From Chiloscyllium plagiosum (taxonomy: Eukaryota), in NCBI RefSeq assembly GCF_004010195.1, contig NC_057754.1, positions 989,293 to 1,023,877 on the forward strand: DNA of 34,585 nt. Direction: 5' to 3'. Both the position numbers and the translations under genes were made by a program. Below are positions 10,512-20,605 of this stretch, in pieces. Each line of letters opens with the position of its first letter. Position 1 is the stretch's first letter. The notes under the pieces were generated by a model. The model did not search any database, was not told where the DNA came from, and saw only the letters and a program-made list of their open reading frames with translations.

Positions 10512-12220
10512 TCAATTAGACCACAAACAAAGCTGAACAAGTTTCTGGTTCAGGAAGCAGCTCAAAGTGGGTAATATCAACATATTCCATACACAAAGCA
10601 TGTAATGGAAGTATCTGTCCAGTGATGATCAAATCCCTTGCATCTTCACCTGTGAAAAGAAGCACAATATTATAGCCCTTTAAATCAAACCAGCCGATGG
10701 CTGTAATCTGCACTGAGCTGTACGCTTCTGTACTGCTGTAGCCCTCAACCCTTAAGACAAGCAATGTTCATGTGGAGACCTAAATCATTGCAAGTCTGGG
10801 ACAATCATCTAGCATTGCCACTCATTGATCTTGTTCAGTTCTGTAGCAAACGGACTACTAAATGATCAATGTGTATTGTTAAACTTCAACTAACCTTTAA
10901 TCGAGCTCAGCATCTCTTTGCAGAGCACCCACTTGTAGTTATGTGTGCGCAGCATGGTGCTCTGGTTCTGGAAGGCACTGCTGGGTCTGTGCCAATGGTC
11001 ACAATTAGTGGGTACTGTGCTCTTCACCCTGATACCTGCAAAAAAAAAAAGGGAGGGATGGGCACAATCTTAGTTTCACACCATGAAAGATGACCTAGCA
11101 CTGGAACACACCTGTCCCCAGACACAGCTCTTCCTGTGCTACAGGTACCAGTGGGTCCAACCATCTCAGCTTCTGGCTCCTCATAGCATTAAACAGTGAA
11201 CACTTCACTAAAGTAGTTGTTGTCAAGTCCCTGCAGGGATCGGAGGGCCACAGTGCACAGCAAGTGTTTGAAAACCTCCCCTTGCTGCTAAATGTTAGTA
11301 CTGTCCCACCCCAGTGGACACTGTAGGGAGACAGAATCCTGACTGCTATTCCCTATTGTAGGCACACTGTGGTGTTTCACAGAGATGTCCCTATTTCTCC
11401 TGTGCTCCTCTCCTTGGTTTGTACTGGATTGGAATGCAGACTAACTACACTCCTTTAATAAGTGTCTGAGCTGCAATGATTAAATACAATCTTAAATTAT
11501 CTTGGAATATGTTGAAAGGAGGGATTACATTATTCAAAACCAGCAACCCAAACTAAAAAAAAAAGACTAACAGCAATCTAGATTTGTTCAATATGGTATC
11601 AGTGGAATGGCTGATCTTTTACTATATCTGTCATATGATCCTGCCCCACTAGCTACCTGATGAAGGAGCAGCACTGAAAGCTAGTGCTTCCAAATAAACC
11701 TGTTGCGACTATAACCTGGTGTGATTTTTAAACTTGGTCCACCCCAGTACCTCTCCATCTTGTACTGCTAGTGCAAGTTAAGAATCTGATCACAGCTTGC
11801 AATCACAATAAAACCAGTTCATAAACATGGGAGATAAACAGCAGCTCTGTTAATCTTAGCCTGAAAGACATCAGCAGCCTACATGATCACATGGGGGAAA
11901 GCAGTGAAAAGGTCACAAGACAAAATGGTCAGCTGATTGATTAGCGTAACCTCACCTCAATGCTGATGGTGTACATAAAGTTGAAAAAAAAAGTGTGGTG
12001 CTGGTAAAGGGCTTATGCCCAAAACGTCGATTCTCCTGCTCCTCGGATGCTGCCTGGCCTGCTGCGCTTTTCCAGCACCACACTTTTCAACTCTGGTCTC
12101 CAGCATCTGCAGTCCTCACTTTCTGTGTACATATCAAACTCAAATACCCAAGTGTATTAGAAATGCAAAATACTGATTCAATGAGTGAGTTTTCCTCACT
12201 GTGGCAAGCTTTTTTTAAAG

Positions 12221-12288
12221 TGGCAATCAGACATACTAATCAGTCATTGGGTAAGTCAGACTGGGGCAGTAAGTGTCATCACTTGCCA
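12221..12288 (-). ncRNA. SNORD31: Box C/D snoRNA U31
   Basis: Minus strand TGGCAA-GTGATGA...TACTGCCCCAGT-CTGA...TGACTGA...CTGA-TTGCCA; 6-bp terminal stem; guide antisense to 28S ACUGGGGCGGUA as in human U31 (one U:G). Confidence 0.92.
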
Positions 12289-12634
12289 GAACAAAGCAAG
12301 CACTCATCTTCACCACACTCTAGGTTCAGGAAGATTTCAGGGAAGGAGGTTGGGAGTTACACCCATGCCCCTCCAGAATGACAATAAGGGACAGGGTGAA
12401 CTCAGCTAATTGGAGTTTGATCAGTATAATTTATGTGAGGAACCAAACTCAGAAGGCAGCTGTCAGATCATTTCAGAGCCCAGAGATCAGAGGATATAAA
12501 AGGCACAGATCACTGAGAAACCTACCTGGGTTTTTTAAGAAGATTTTGAAGTCAGCCACATCTATAACGAAGGAGAGAAAGATCAGTACACAGCTGGTGC
12601 TTCCCCACAACAATCCAACCCCTACTGTTTTACA

Positions 12635-12712
12635 CTGCATCAGATATTTTTGTGACATCAGAAATTGTTCAGGTGAACGAAACTCCACTTTAAGAATATC
12701 ATCAGACTGCAG
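12635..12712 (-). ncRNA. SNORD30: Box C/D snoRNA U30
   Basis: C box CTGATGA, guide GGAGTTTCGTTCA, D' CTGA, C' CTGATGT, D CTGA, stem CTGCA/TGCAG; D box ~77 nt from the next acceptor; lies between U29 and U31. Confidence 0.85.
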
Positions 12713-13030
12713 CATTAAAGAGCACTCCTCAGGAGGAACTCCTTTCTCCAGTGACCCACATCTGTTCTGAAAGGGCTTCAGTCACTGTTAAGGCATTGAG
12801 ATGTGCAGCATTTTGTAGCCACATGACCTTGGACACCAGCCCCCACAGCATTCCCCACCTCCCTTCCACATGGAGGACCATCAGCCTACATCCCATGTAC
12901 AGAGCCTTTGAACCACAAACACTCACCAGGTCAGGACAAGTCCACCATCTTATCTCAGGCTGAAAGAGAAGGAGAAAAGGATGGTTAGGAACTGAAGCCA
13001 GTACTGCCTTTGGTCTGAAGCGCAGCCTGG

Positions 13031-13099
13031 AGTCACTCAGGGTGTTCAATATCTTTTCACACAGGGTCAAAGTGAGCTAAGAATCATCATCACCAGACT
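13031..13099 (-). ncRNA. SNORD29: Box C/D snoRNA U29
   Basis: GTGATGA...TAGCTCACT-TTGA...GTGAAAA...TGAACACC-CTGA, stem AGTC/GACT; closely resembles human U29; D box ~76 nt from acceptor. Confidence 0.9.
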
Positions 13100-13686
13100 G
13101 TTCACAGAAAACAGCAATGTCCCCTTTTGAGAAGAGCCTCCAGGCTGCAGCCTCAAGCCAAGAAACACTGATTGTCCCTTTTGTTCAGGAGCAGACCACC
13201 CGCCCACTGAAGGATGGCCAAGTCCTGAAGCTGTGATTCCCCTGGGAGTCAGTGGGTTCAACATCACTTGGACTGGACTAGTTTGTTTGGGGGAAGGTGG
13301 GAGGGGGAGCCATGATGGGAGAAACTCACTGAATAGCAGTGGAAGGAGTGGGAAGAATAGAAGGCAAAGATCCTCACCCACTGCACCACAGTGTACAGAG
13401 CTAGGGACAGAGTGTAACACCAGGGAACTGTTCAGGTGCAGCAGTCACCTTCCAGAGTGGTGTCTGTGGACCCACCTCTTGGGAAACTGGTGTAGACCAA
13501 GGCACAGCACTCTCATCACAGCTCAACCAAAACAGAGGACACTGCTCATTGCACCAGGAAGACCACTCACCTGATGTGTCTGGACACCAGCTGTCTTCAG
13601 TCACCTGGAAAAGAACGCAACAGCATTGGAAAGAAGCACTCCCCTGCACACTCCCCAACCCAGCATGTCCATTGACGCAGCTACAT

Positions 13687-13812
13687 TGTCCCATCAGACT
13701 GTTTTGGAAAACAAGCAATCCTCATTTCACACTGAGAGAGACAGTGGGTTCACCTTTGCAGGTTCTGCCTCTACACAGCATGTAAGACTGGAGACTAATC
13801 ATCACAGGGACA
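13687..13812 (-). ncRNA. SNORD22: Box C/D snoRNA U22 (18S pre-rRNA processing snoRNA)
   Basis: ~126 nt; C box GTGATGA, GTCTTAC, conserved core AGAACCTGCAAAGGTGAACCCACTG, D box GTCTGA; terminal stem TGTCCC/GGGACA. Confidence 0.92.
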
Positions 13813-14445
13813 AAAAAAACCCCACTTCCGGGATTCTTTTGGGTGGTGGGGTCGCAGGAGGAGAAGTTCAGCTGAGACACTGTTGGAAAGGCTAGAGGAC
13901 AAAGATTCAACAGGCACTTGTAAAAGGTATGAACAAAGCCTGAATTAAGTCAAAGGGTGGTTGGAAACGTGAAACAGAGGCCACGATCCATGATCATCCT
14001 CAATGGCAGTGCAGGATAGAAAAGGCTTCAGTGGCTTTGTTCTTAATGTGTATATTTTTAAAAACAGTTAAGGGACTAATTGCTGATCTGAGTCAGCTAT
14101 GACCAAGAGGAAAACTCCTCGCATGGTCTGACTTGAGTTTCAACAGTTTCAATCTATTGTGGATAACCAGAGTTGGCTTGGACACGATTCCAACCATATT
14201 ACAGGGATTTGGTACCCCCTCTGCACAGTGAAATGTAAACACCCCCCACCCCAAGAAACCAGACTCCAGGCTGGGCCTTCAATGTGCATTAGGAACAAGA
14301 ACTGCTGGCAGCACTAGATCAGGTTTCTGCTAAGAAAAGGGAATCACTCACCAGATATACACTTCAGAGTCAGACCTGAAACAGAAAACAATCAGATAAA
14401 TAGCTGCAGGCTGATATCAGGGAACAACCCTGGGAAAGGCTAGCT

Positions 14446-14533
14446 GGTTTGATCAGGGCTTTGGTGATTTCAATGCATCATCGACAATGTCGTCCGCCCA
14501 TAGGCCAACACCTGTTTATCATCATTTCAAACC
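14446..14533 (-). ncRNA. Unassigned box C/D snoRNA, predicted 18S rRNA guide
   Basis: GGTTTGA-A-ATGATGA...CGGA(D'?)...CGATGA(C')...TCACCAAAGCC-CTGA-TCAAACC; perfect C and D boxes, 7-bp terminal stem, D box ~77 nt upstream of acceptor at 14376-14377. Confidence 0.85.
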
Positions 14534-15828
14534 ACAGGTACTGCTGTTCCAGAATTAAACCATGTTACGTGAACGTGACAAACCCAGAGAATGCAGTGAT
14601 GCTAACCCATCATCCCCCCTGCTGGTGAACTCCTTACTACAGTCACTTGAGCTGATTGGGAGGATCACCCAACCTCACTGGATCACTTCCAATCAGTCGG
14701 TAACTATTCTGTATCACATGAGGGAAGATTAATACCTCAGCACCTCGCAGCTGTTAACACAACCAGGCTGAATTCAGCACCCACCTGCTTGGGGGGCCTG
14801 GAGGACTGTTTTGCTTATCCCAGAAACCTTCACTTCCCCCATCTCCTGCATTTATCCATCCTGACATCAGTCCAGGTCATGTCCAGCTGTCCTATAAGCT
14901 AGCCAGTAAGGGTCAGTAACCTGTACATCCAGCCCACTGCAGCCTGGACTTCCTCTGTTCTTGCACACTTCAGAACACCACTGCACTGTGGCTCGGAATC
15001 AGGTTCAGACAAACAAGACTTCATTCCAAAACATCTGGAGCAGGCCAGCTCCCAGCAGCTGCCCCACAGCCAGATCACAGCTCAGAGCATAGACATTGAG
15101 ACACTGATGTCCTATCTTTGAAGGCATGTTGTCCTCCTGAAGTTAATTCAGCACTGACCACAGGGATTATCCATTCAGGATGGGTTCTAGTGTACCCTGA
15201 TGGAACTCACCAGAGTGGTTGAGCAAATTTTAAGTGGTCACTTGACCAGCAGTAGGAAGGAGATGGGCAGATTTAGCCAATAGAGTAATGTTGTGCTAGA
15301 AAAGCACAGCAGGCCAGGCAGCATCTGCGAAGCAGGGGAAAAAACACAAATCACAAAAAGAAAAAAAAAAATCAACATTTAGGGCAAAAGGCCTTGATGA
15401 CGGGTTTTTGCACAAAACGCAGGTTCCCCTGCTCCTCAGATGTTCCCTGACCTGCTGCGCTTTTCCAGCGCCCCACTCTGATCTCCAGCATCTTCAGTCC
15501 TCACTTTCTCCTAGATTTAACAAATACACAATCACCCCCTTTTGTCAATTAACATCCCAGGGCAGTCAACTAGAGCAACGACTTCTGAATTGGTAGAATG
15601 GGAGTCGCAACCCCCAAACCCATCAGTAAAAGCACAGATTTGACCATCTTGGACAACAGCAGCCCCAGGAAAGCAGAACCCTCCCTCTTCCTGAACATTC
15701 CTACCTGAGCAAGGAGGAACTTCAGTACTTGCTGCAAGGTTACAGTGCAGGACAGAATCTGTCGAGACAAAAAGATTGATGTTAACTTCGACAGCCAACA
15801 GCACAGAGAGAGCAGAGAATCTATTGCT

Positions 15829-15899
15829 GCTCTCAGTCCAAGTTAGGCATCAACTTGAATTCAGATATATGCTTGTCTGTTTTTAGATCATCACTGAAA
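15829..15899 (-). ncRNA. SNORD27: Box C/D snoRNA U27
   Basis: GTGATGA...GACAAGCATAT-AT-CTGA...TTGATGC...CTGA; guide antisense to 18S AUAUGCUUGUC (Am27 site); D box ~73 nt from acceptor. Confidence 0.92.
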
Positions 15900-16854
15900 C
15901 AGCAGGTGGAGGCCACAAATCACTGATCCTCACTTACTGTGAGTGAGTACAAAATCTTCACAGGTCAGTCAACCCTTCACTATCCGTCAGTGAGATGAAC
16001 ATCCAGAGTTATTAGTAAGGCCACAAAGCATCACTTCAGGAACAATTCCAGCAAAATCTCTTTACTCTTCCATGGGATCACTGGCAAGGACAGTGTTTAC
16101 TACCTCCTTAAAACAGTGTCTGCACAGGGCCATTTAAGTCAATCTATCCTGTACATCTGGATTCACGTGAGTTCAAAACACGGTCCTCCACAGAAGAAAG
16201 TTAGTGATCATGAGGCCAGATTTCAATTCCAGAATATTAAAATTCCAACACTGTTTGATAATGAATTCATCTCCAAATAAATCAGTCTGCAGTTTCAGTT
16301 ACTTATCCAGTCACGTGAGCATTAGGTCACGTCACCACAAATTTCAGCAACTCACTTCTCAGCCCAAGATTATCAGGGAGGATCAAAAACTGGATTAAAA
16401 AGCAGATGAACTGCAGATGCTCTACATCAGAAACAAAAACAGGTTGCTGGAAAAGCTCAACAGGTCTGGCAGCATCAGTGCAGACAAGTCAGTTAACATC
16501 TTGGGTCCAGTGACCCTTCCTCAGAACCAGACTCAAACCAATAACTGACTTCACTCCACAGATGCTGCCAGATGTGTTATACTTCTCTAGAAATAAATCC
16601 TTCTTCCACTTAACCCAGAACTTTAAAAACATCTCCAAAATCTTAAACAAACCAATCATCTGCCAAGTCTGTGCATTTGTGACAATACCCCAGCACTACT
16701 CAATTTTATCAATGGCCCTTAAAAGCAACACATCTCGCACCCAGGATCCATACTGTGTCCTCCTATTCTACATCAGCACAACTCCCTATTCTCAAGCTAA
16801 TTTGGCCTTTGATGTATCCAGACTGCAAATTCAGAGTATCTAAACCAGACATGA

Positions 16855-17150
16855 TTAGATTAGATTACTTAGTGTGGGGAAACGGGCCCTTTGGCCCACC
16901 AACTCCACACCGACCCTCTGAAGAGCAACCCACCTAGACCCATTCCCCTACATTTACCCCTTCACCTAACACTATAGGCAATTTAGCATGGCCAATTCAC
17001 CTAACCTAATTTTCAGACTGTGGGAGGAAACTGGAGCACCCGGAAGAAACCCACACAGACACCGGGAGAATGTGCAAACTCCACACAGACAGGTGCCGGA
17101 GGTGGGAATTGAACCCAGGTCTCTGGCACTGAGGCAGCAGTGCTAACCAT
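16855..17150 (-). mobile_element. tRNA-derived SINE (HE1-like) in a host-gene intron
   Basis: Same core and ttaga tail as 3795-4100. Confidence 0.8.
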
Positions 17151-17665
17151 TGTATCAGTAGCAGTTTAAAACCAAGCCCTGAATTCTGAGTTGTGCTGAA
17201 GGACATTTGATTTTTAATGCTACATGCACTCATGTATAGGAGTGTAGTGTACAATGTCACCACACACAAGGCATCATCTTACGTACAAGCACCTAGGTAC
17301 AGGATCTTAAGATCAGAGTAGAAAGAAAGAACAAGGTGAAGTTAAACATTGCAGTAACTGCACACCGACATAATGCTCACCTTGAGGTTAGCCATGACTG
17401 CAGCCAAGTTAGAATCTGTAAAAAAAAATGCAATCCTTCAAAAACTTTGCTGGTGTCCAAGTCAAGTTAGTGTCACTACCAGGAGGATTTTCATCAACTT
17501 TATGGAACAGAGACCCTTAGCAAATTAAATAGGGACCCAGTAGCAGCTGCCAAAGCACACTGACAGCTCAGACAGAGGTTTTACATCAAGCATCACATAA
17601 CTTCTACAGGAAGCATGGCTCTGCCTGGGTAATGTTTCATTGTGAATGAGATTATGCAGCTGCTC

Positions 17666-17746
17666 AGTGCTACTCAGCTAAAAACTTCAAAGTTTCTACA
17701 TGGAATATGCAGAAAGAGAGAGTTCATCTATCATCTTTGTAGCACT
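17666..17746 (-). ncRNA. SNORD26: Box C/D snoRNA U26
   Basis: 8-bp stem AGTGCTAC/GTAGCACT, C-like AGATGA, guide TGAACTCTCTCTT antisense to 28S AAGAGAGAGUUCA, D' CTGC, D CTGA. Confidence 0.88.
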
Positions 17747-18734
17747 AGTCACATACTGCCCCCCCCCCCAGCTCACTGAATCCCACACTGTTGGAAAGGC
17801 TTCCCTCCTGGGCAGCTGGGGGCATACTAAATTGCCCAGAGTGCTAGGTGCATTAGCCAGAGGGAAATAGGTCTTGGTTGGTTACTCTTTGGAGGGTGGG
17901 TGTGGACGTGTTGGGCCGAAGGGTCTGTTTCCACGCTGTAGGGAATCTAATCTAATGCCCAGGATGAGTATTAATTAGAATCCAATAAACGGCCAAATTT
18001 TTGTTCACACCTCATCTCAGGCCCAGCCAGAATTCTGAAGCCAATACAGTGCCCTATTTCGCCAGCAATTTCCACTCACCCATCTCGTTTATTCCTTTCA
18101 GCATCACCTTGGTCAACTCGCCTGAAAAACAATAAAGACTGATTATTAACACAAGCACACTGCCCCCCTCCCAATAATTTTAGAATAAAGAGGGAGGCCA
18201 CTTAGTATAGAGAAGAGTATGTTGGCTATTCACAGAAGTGAACAAATCCATAACACAGCACATCAACGCACAACTCCCAAGAGCCCCCAAATCAACGACT
18301 TAATGCTGATAATACTGCTTATAGTCTTGCCCCAGTTCAGCTCATTGGTTTTAGACACCAACAGGCACAGAATCCCCAAACAATCTCAGTTTAGTCCCAG
18401 AACGGGATTTTAAAAGAATCTCAACACCAGGTTTATTTGGAAGCACTACTTAGTCTTCAGGCAGTCGACCACGTGAAGGAGCAGTGCTCTGAAAGCTAGT
18501 GCTTTCCAAATGACTATAACCTGGTGTTGTGAAAGTTGTAACTTTGTCCACCCCACTCCAACACCAGCAGCTCCAAATCATACCCCAAGAGCTAGGGGCT
18601 TGCCCCAAACCCAAAACAGGGATTTAAAATTCAACACATACACCATAATTGTAAGTACAAAAAGCTCCCTGGGTTAAGTACAGACCGAGACAGTACATAA
18701 GTTGTGTAAAGAACTGGAATGTGCACGTTCAGGA

Positions 18735-19120
18735 CATAAGGAAAGCACATGGCAGAGGGAAGGGGGAGAGAATATTAAGGAAAGCACATGGCATAGGGAA
18801 GAGGGAGAGAATATTTAGGAAAGCAGATTGCAAAGGGAAGGAGGGAGAGAATATTTAGGAAAGCAGATTGCAAAGGGAAGGAGGGAGGAGGGAGAGAATA
18901 TTTAGGAAAGCAGATTGCAAAGGGAAGGAGGGAGAGAATATTTAGGAAAGCACATGGCAAAGGGAAGGGGGAGAGAATATTTAGGAAAGCAGATTGCAAA
19001 GGGAAGGGGGAGAGAATATTTAGGAAAGCAGATTGCAAAGTGAAGGGGGGATATTTAGGAAAGCAGATTGCAGGGGGGAGGGGGGAGGAAGAGAAAGAGG
19101 TATTTAGGAAAGCTGATGGG
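18735..19120. repeat. Purine-rich ~39-40-bp minisatellite (~9-10 copies) in host intron 1
   Basis: Repeating gagagaatatttaggaaagcagattgcaaagggaagg. Confidence 0.9.
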
Positions 19121-19203
19121 AAAGGGAAAGTGAAAAAGGAAAACCCCTATAAATGAACCGTTGCCCGTGGTGGGACGGGAGCCCGGTTTGCAAGCAGCAG
19201 CAG

Positions 19204-19290
19204 CCCTCGTTCTCAGAACACCGAGTAAAGCTCTAATCACAGGGAGGGTCATCACAGGTCTGTGACTGGTAGTGCTCATCATCGAGAGGG
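19204..19290 (-). ncRNA. SNORD25: Box C/D snoRNA U25
   Basis: C box ATGATGA, guide TCACAGACCTGT (antisense to 18S ACAGGUCUGUGA, Gm1490 site), D' ATGA, C' GTGATTA, D CTGA; lies in intron 1. Confidence 0.92.
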
Positions 19291-19444
19291 AAGGCAGGCA
19301 GGCAGGCGCCATCGGGGGAAAAAAAAGAGACGCGGGGGTCAGCCGAAGGCGGGAGGATGGCGATGGATGCGGATATGGGGCTAAGGGAGGTCGGATGGCG
19401 GTGGATTGTCCAGGTCCCCCCCCTCCCTGCTCTCCCTAACTCAC

Positions 19445-19720
19445 CTCCAGAGGCTGCCACAAAATGGCCGACTGCCGCCCGCGCGCTCCCTTTTGTAGTA
19501 GGGCCGCCCCGGGGCATGCTGGGAGTAGCGACCCTCCAGCCACAATTACTAAATAAAAATACGCTTTCTTTAAAAACCCCAATCCAGGTTATTCCATTAT
19601 TTGACTGGAAATAAATCGATGCGACTTTTTCGAAAAGAAAAAAAGGATAGGTCCAACCACTTCCGTGTTGGCTGATTCTTTTTGGCGCGAAAGGGGATGG
19701 TTGTTTCCCGCCAAACGGCT
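19445..19720 (-). promoter_or_regulatory. CpG-rich promoter and exon 1 of the host gene
   Basis: Donor GAG|GTGAGT at 19445/19444; initiator/YY1-like GGCCATTTT (19461-19469); TATA-like TACAAAA (19491-19497); Staf/ZNF143-like TACTCCCAGCATGCCCCGGG (~19509-19528); ETS CACTTCCG (~19658); E2F-type TTTGGCGCGAAA (19681-19692) and TTTCCCGCCAAA (19704-19715). Confidence 0.7.
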
Positions 19721-20357
19721 GCAGCCCCAGTTCCTTCATCTCCACTTTATCTTTCAACAGAGTTGCACATCAACTTACAAGTTTTACATTAAAGAATGTG
19801 AGGATTGCTGCTAGCTCACTTTTTTTATTTGGAAAGAGGCACTAAAACCAGCCCAGTTTTACTTACCCCACAACTCCCACTCCTCATCCCAATTCAATTC
19901 CATCTTGGCAATAAGAACTGTGCCCACTCTCCCTGCCCAGGGGTGGTGGAGCTTGGAGGGATTGTCAAAAAGGAGTGCAGAATTTGGGGGGGGAACTGTT
20001 CCACTCAGCAGAGAGGTCAACATTCCTGATGAAGGGCTTTGAATAGATGGAACAAAAACAAATTGCTGGAAAAGCTCAGCAGGTCTTCTTTCGGTTTTTG
20101 TTTAGAATTTGGTAGGGTTTGATAGGGTTAGGGACTGGCACAGTTATGAATGCCCCCTTACATGCCATAAAACTCTTTATCATTAAATCAGAGAAGATGC
20201 AACCAGTGCCTCAGTTGACTAAGTGGCCTCCTTAAAGTCTGTGCCACATTCTAATTCAATAACAAACACCCCACAATATTTCAATTTGTAGTTTATGAAC
20301 ACAGGATGAATTAGTCCAATCAGCCCATTAAGCTCCGTAATCAATAAGGTTATAGCT

Positions 20358-20605
20358 TGCACTTTTGTATGTAACGGTATTGTCTAATGTACAAATGTCA
20401 TTGTCACTGTCTTGTCATACATGGAACTGGGATTTGAGGTTTGTCCTCATCTCCCTGTAAAATGGTTGAATGGTAGGGTTTGGGGCCTAGCTTTGCTGCT
20501 CCTCTCCCTTGTAACATTGCTGTCTCTTATGTACAGCTGTAAATGTTTTTTGTAAACTGTTTGTTTGTAATTTGTTTAATAAAATATACAAAACAGGAAA
20601 AAAAA
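20358..20605 (+). mobile_element. 5'-truncated polyadenylated retroposed insertion with 15-bp TSD
   Basis: aataaggttatagct at 20343-20357 and 20606-20620; insert ends with AATAAA (20578-20583) and an A-rich tail. Confidence 0.75.

Larger units (their letters stand above)
10490..19467 (-). ncRNA. SNHG1: Non-coding snoRNA host gene, SNHG1/UHG (U22HG) orthologue
   Basis: Eight co-oriented intronic C/D snoRNAs separated by short AG/GT-flanked exons: ~19445-19467, 18080-18121, 17381-17415, 15705-15758, 14352-14375, 13571-13604, 12927-12959, 12526-12561, an exon starting at 11860, and a terminal exon starting at 11035 with minus-strand AATAAA at 10506-10511. No credible ORF; some exons are uncertain. 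Confidence 0.85.

Noticed and set aside
11995..13910. Cluster of 60-130-aa ORFs
   Set aside because: No homology or coding signature; they overlap snoRNAs and non-coding exons
15965..16040. Weak C/D-like pair (GTGATGC ... CTGA) on -
   Set aside because: Imperfect C box, no recognisable guide, and an adjacent donor-like site at 15932-15937 suggests exon sequence
19055..19757. ORFs across the CpG-rich region
   Set aside because: Explained by the promoter, exon 1 and SNORD25
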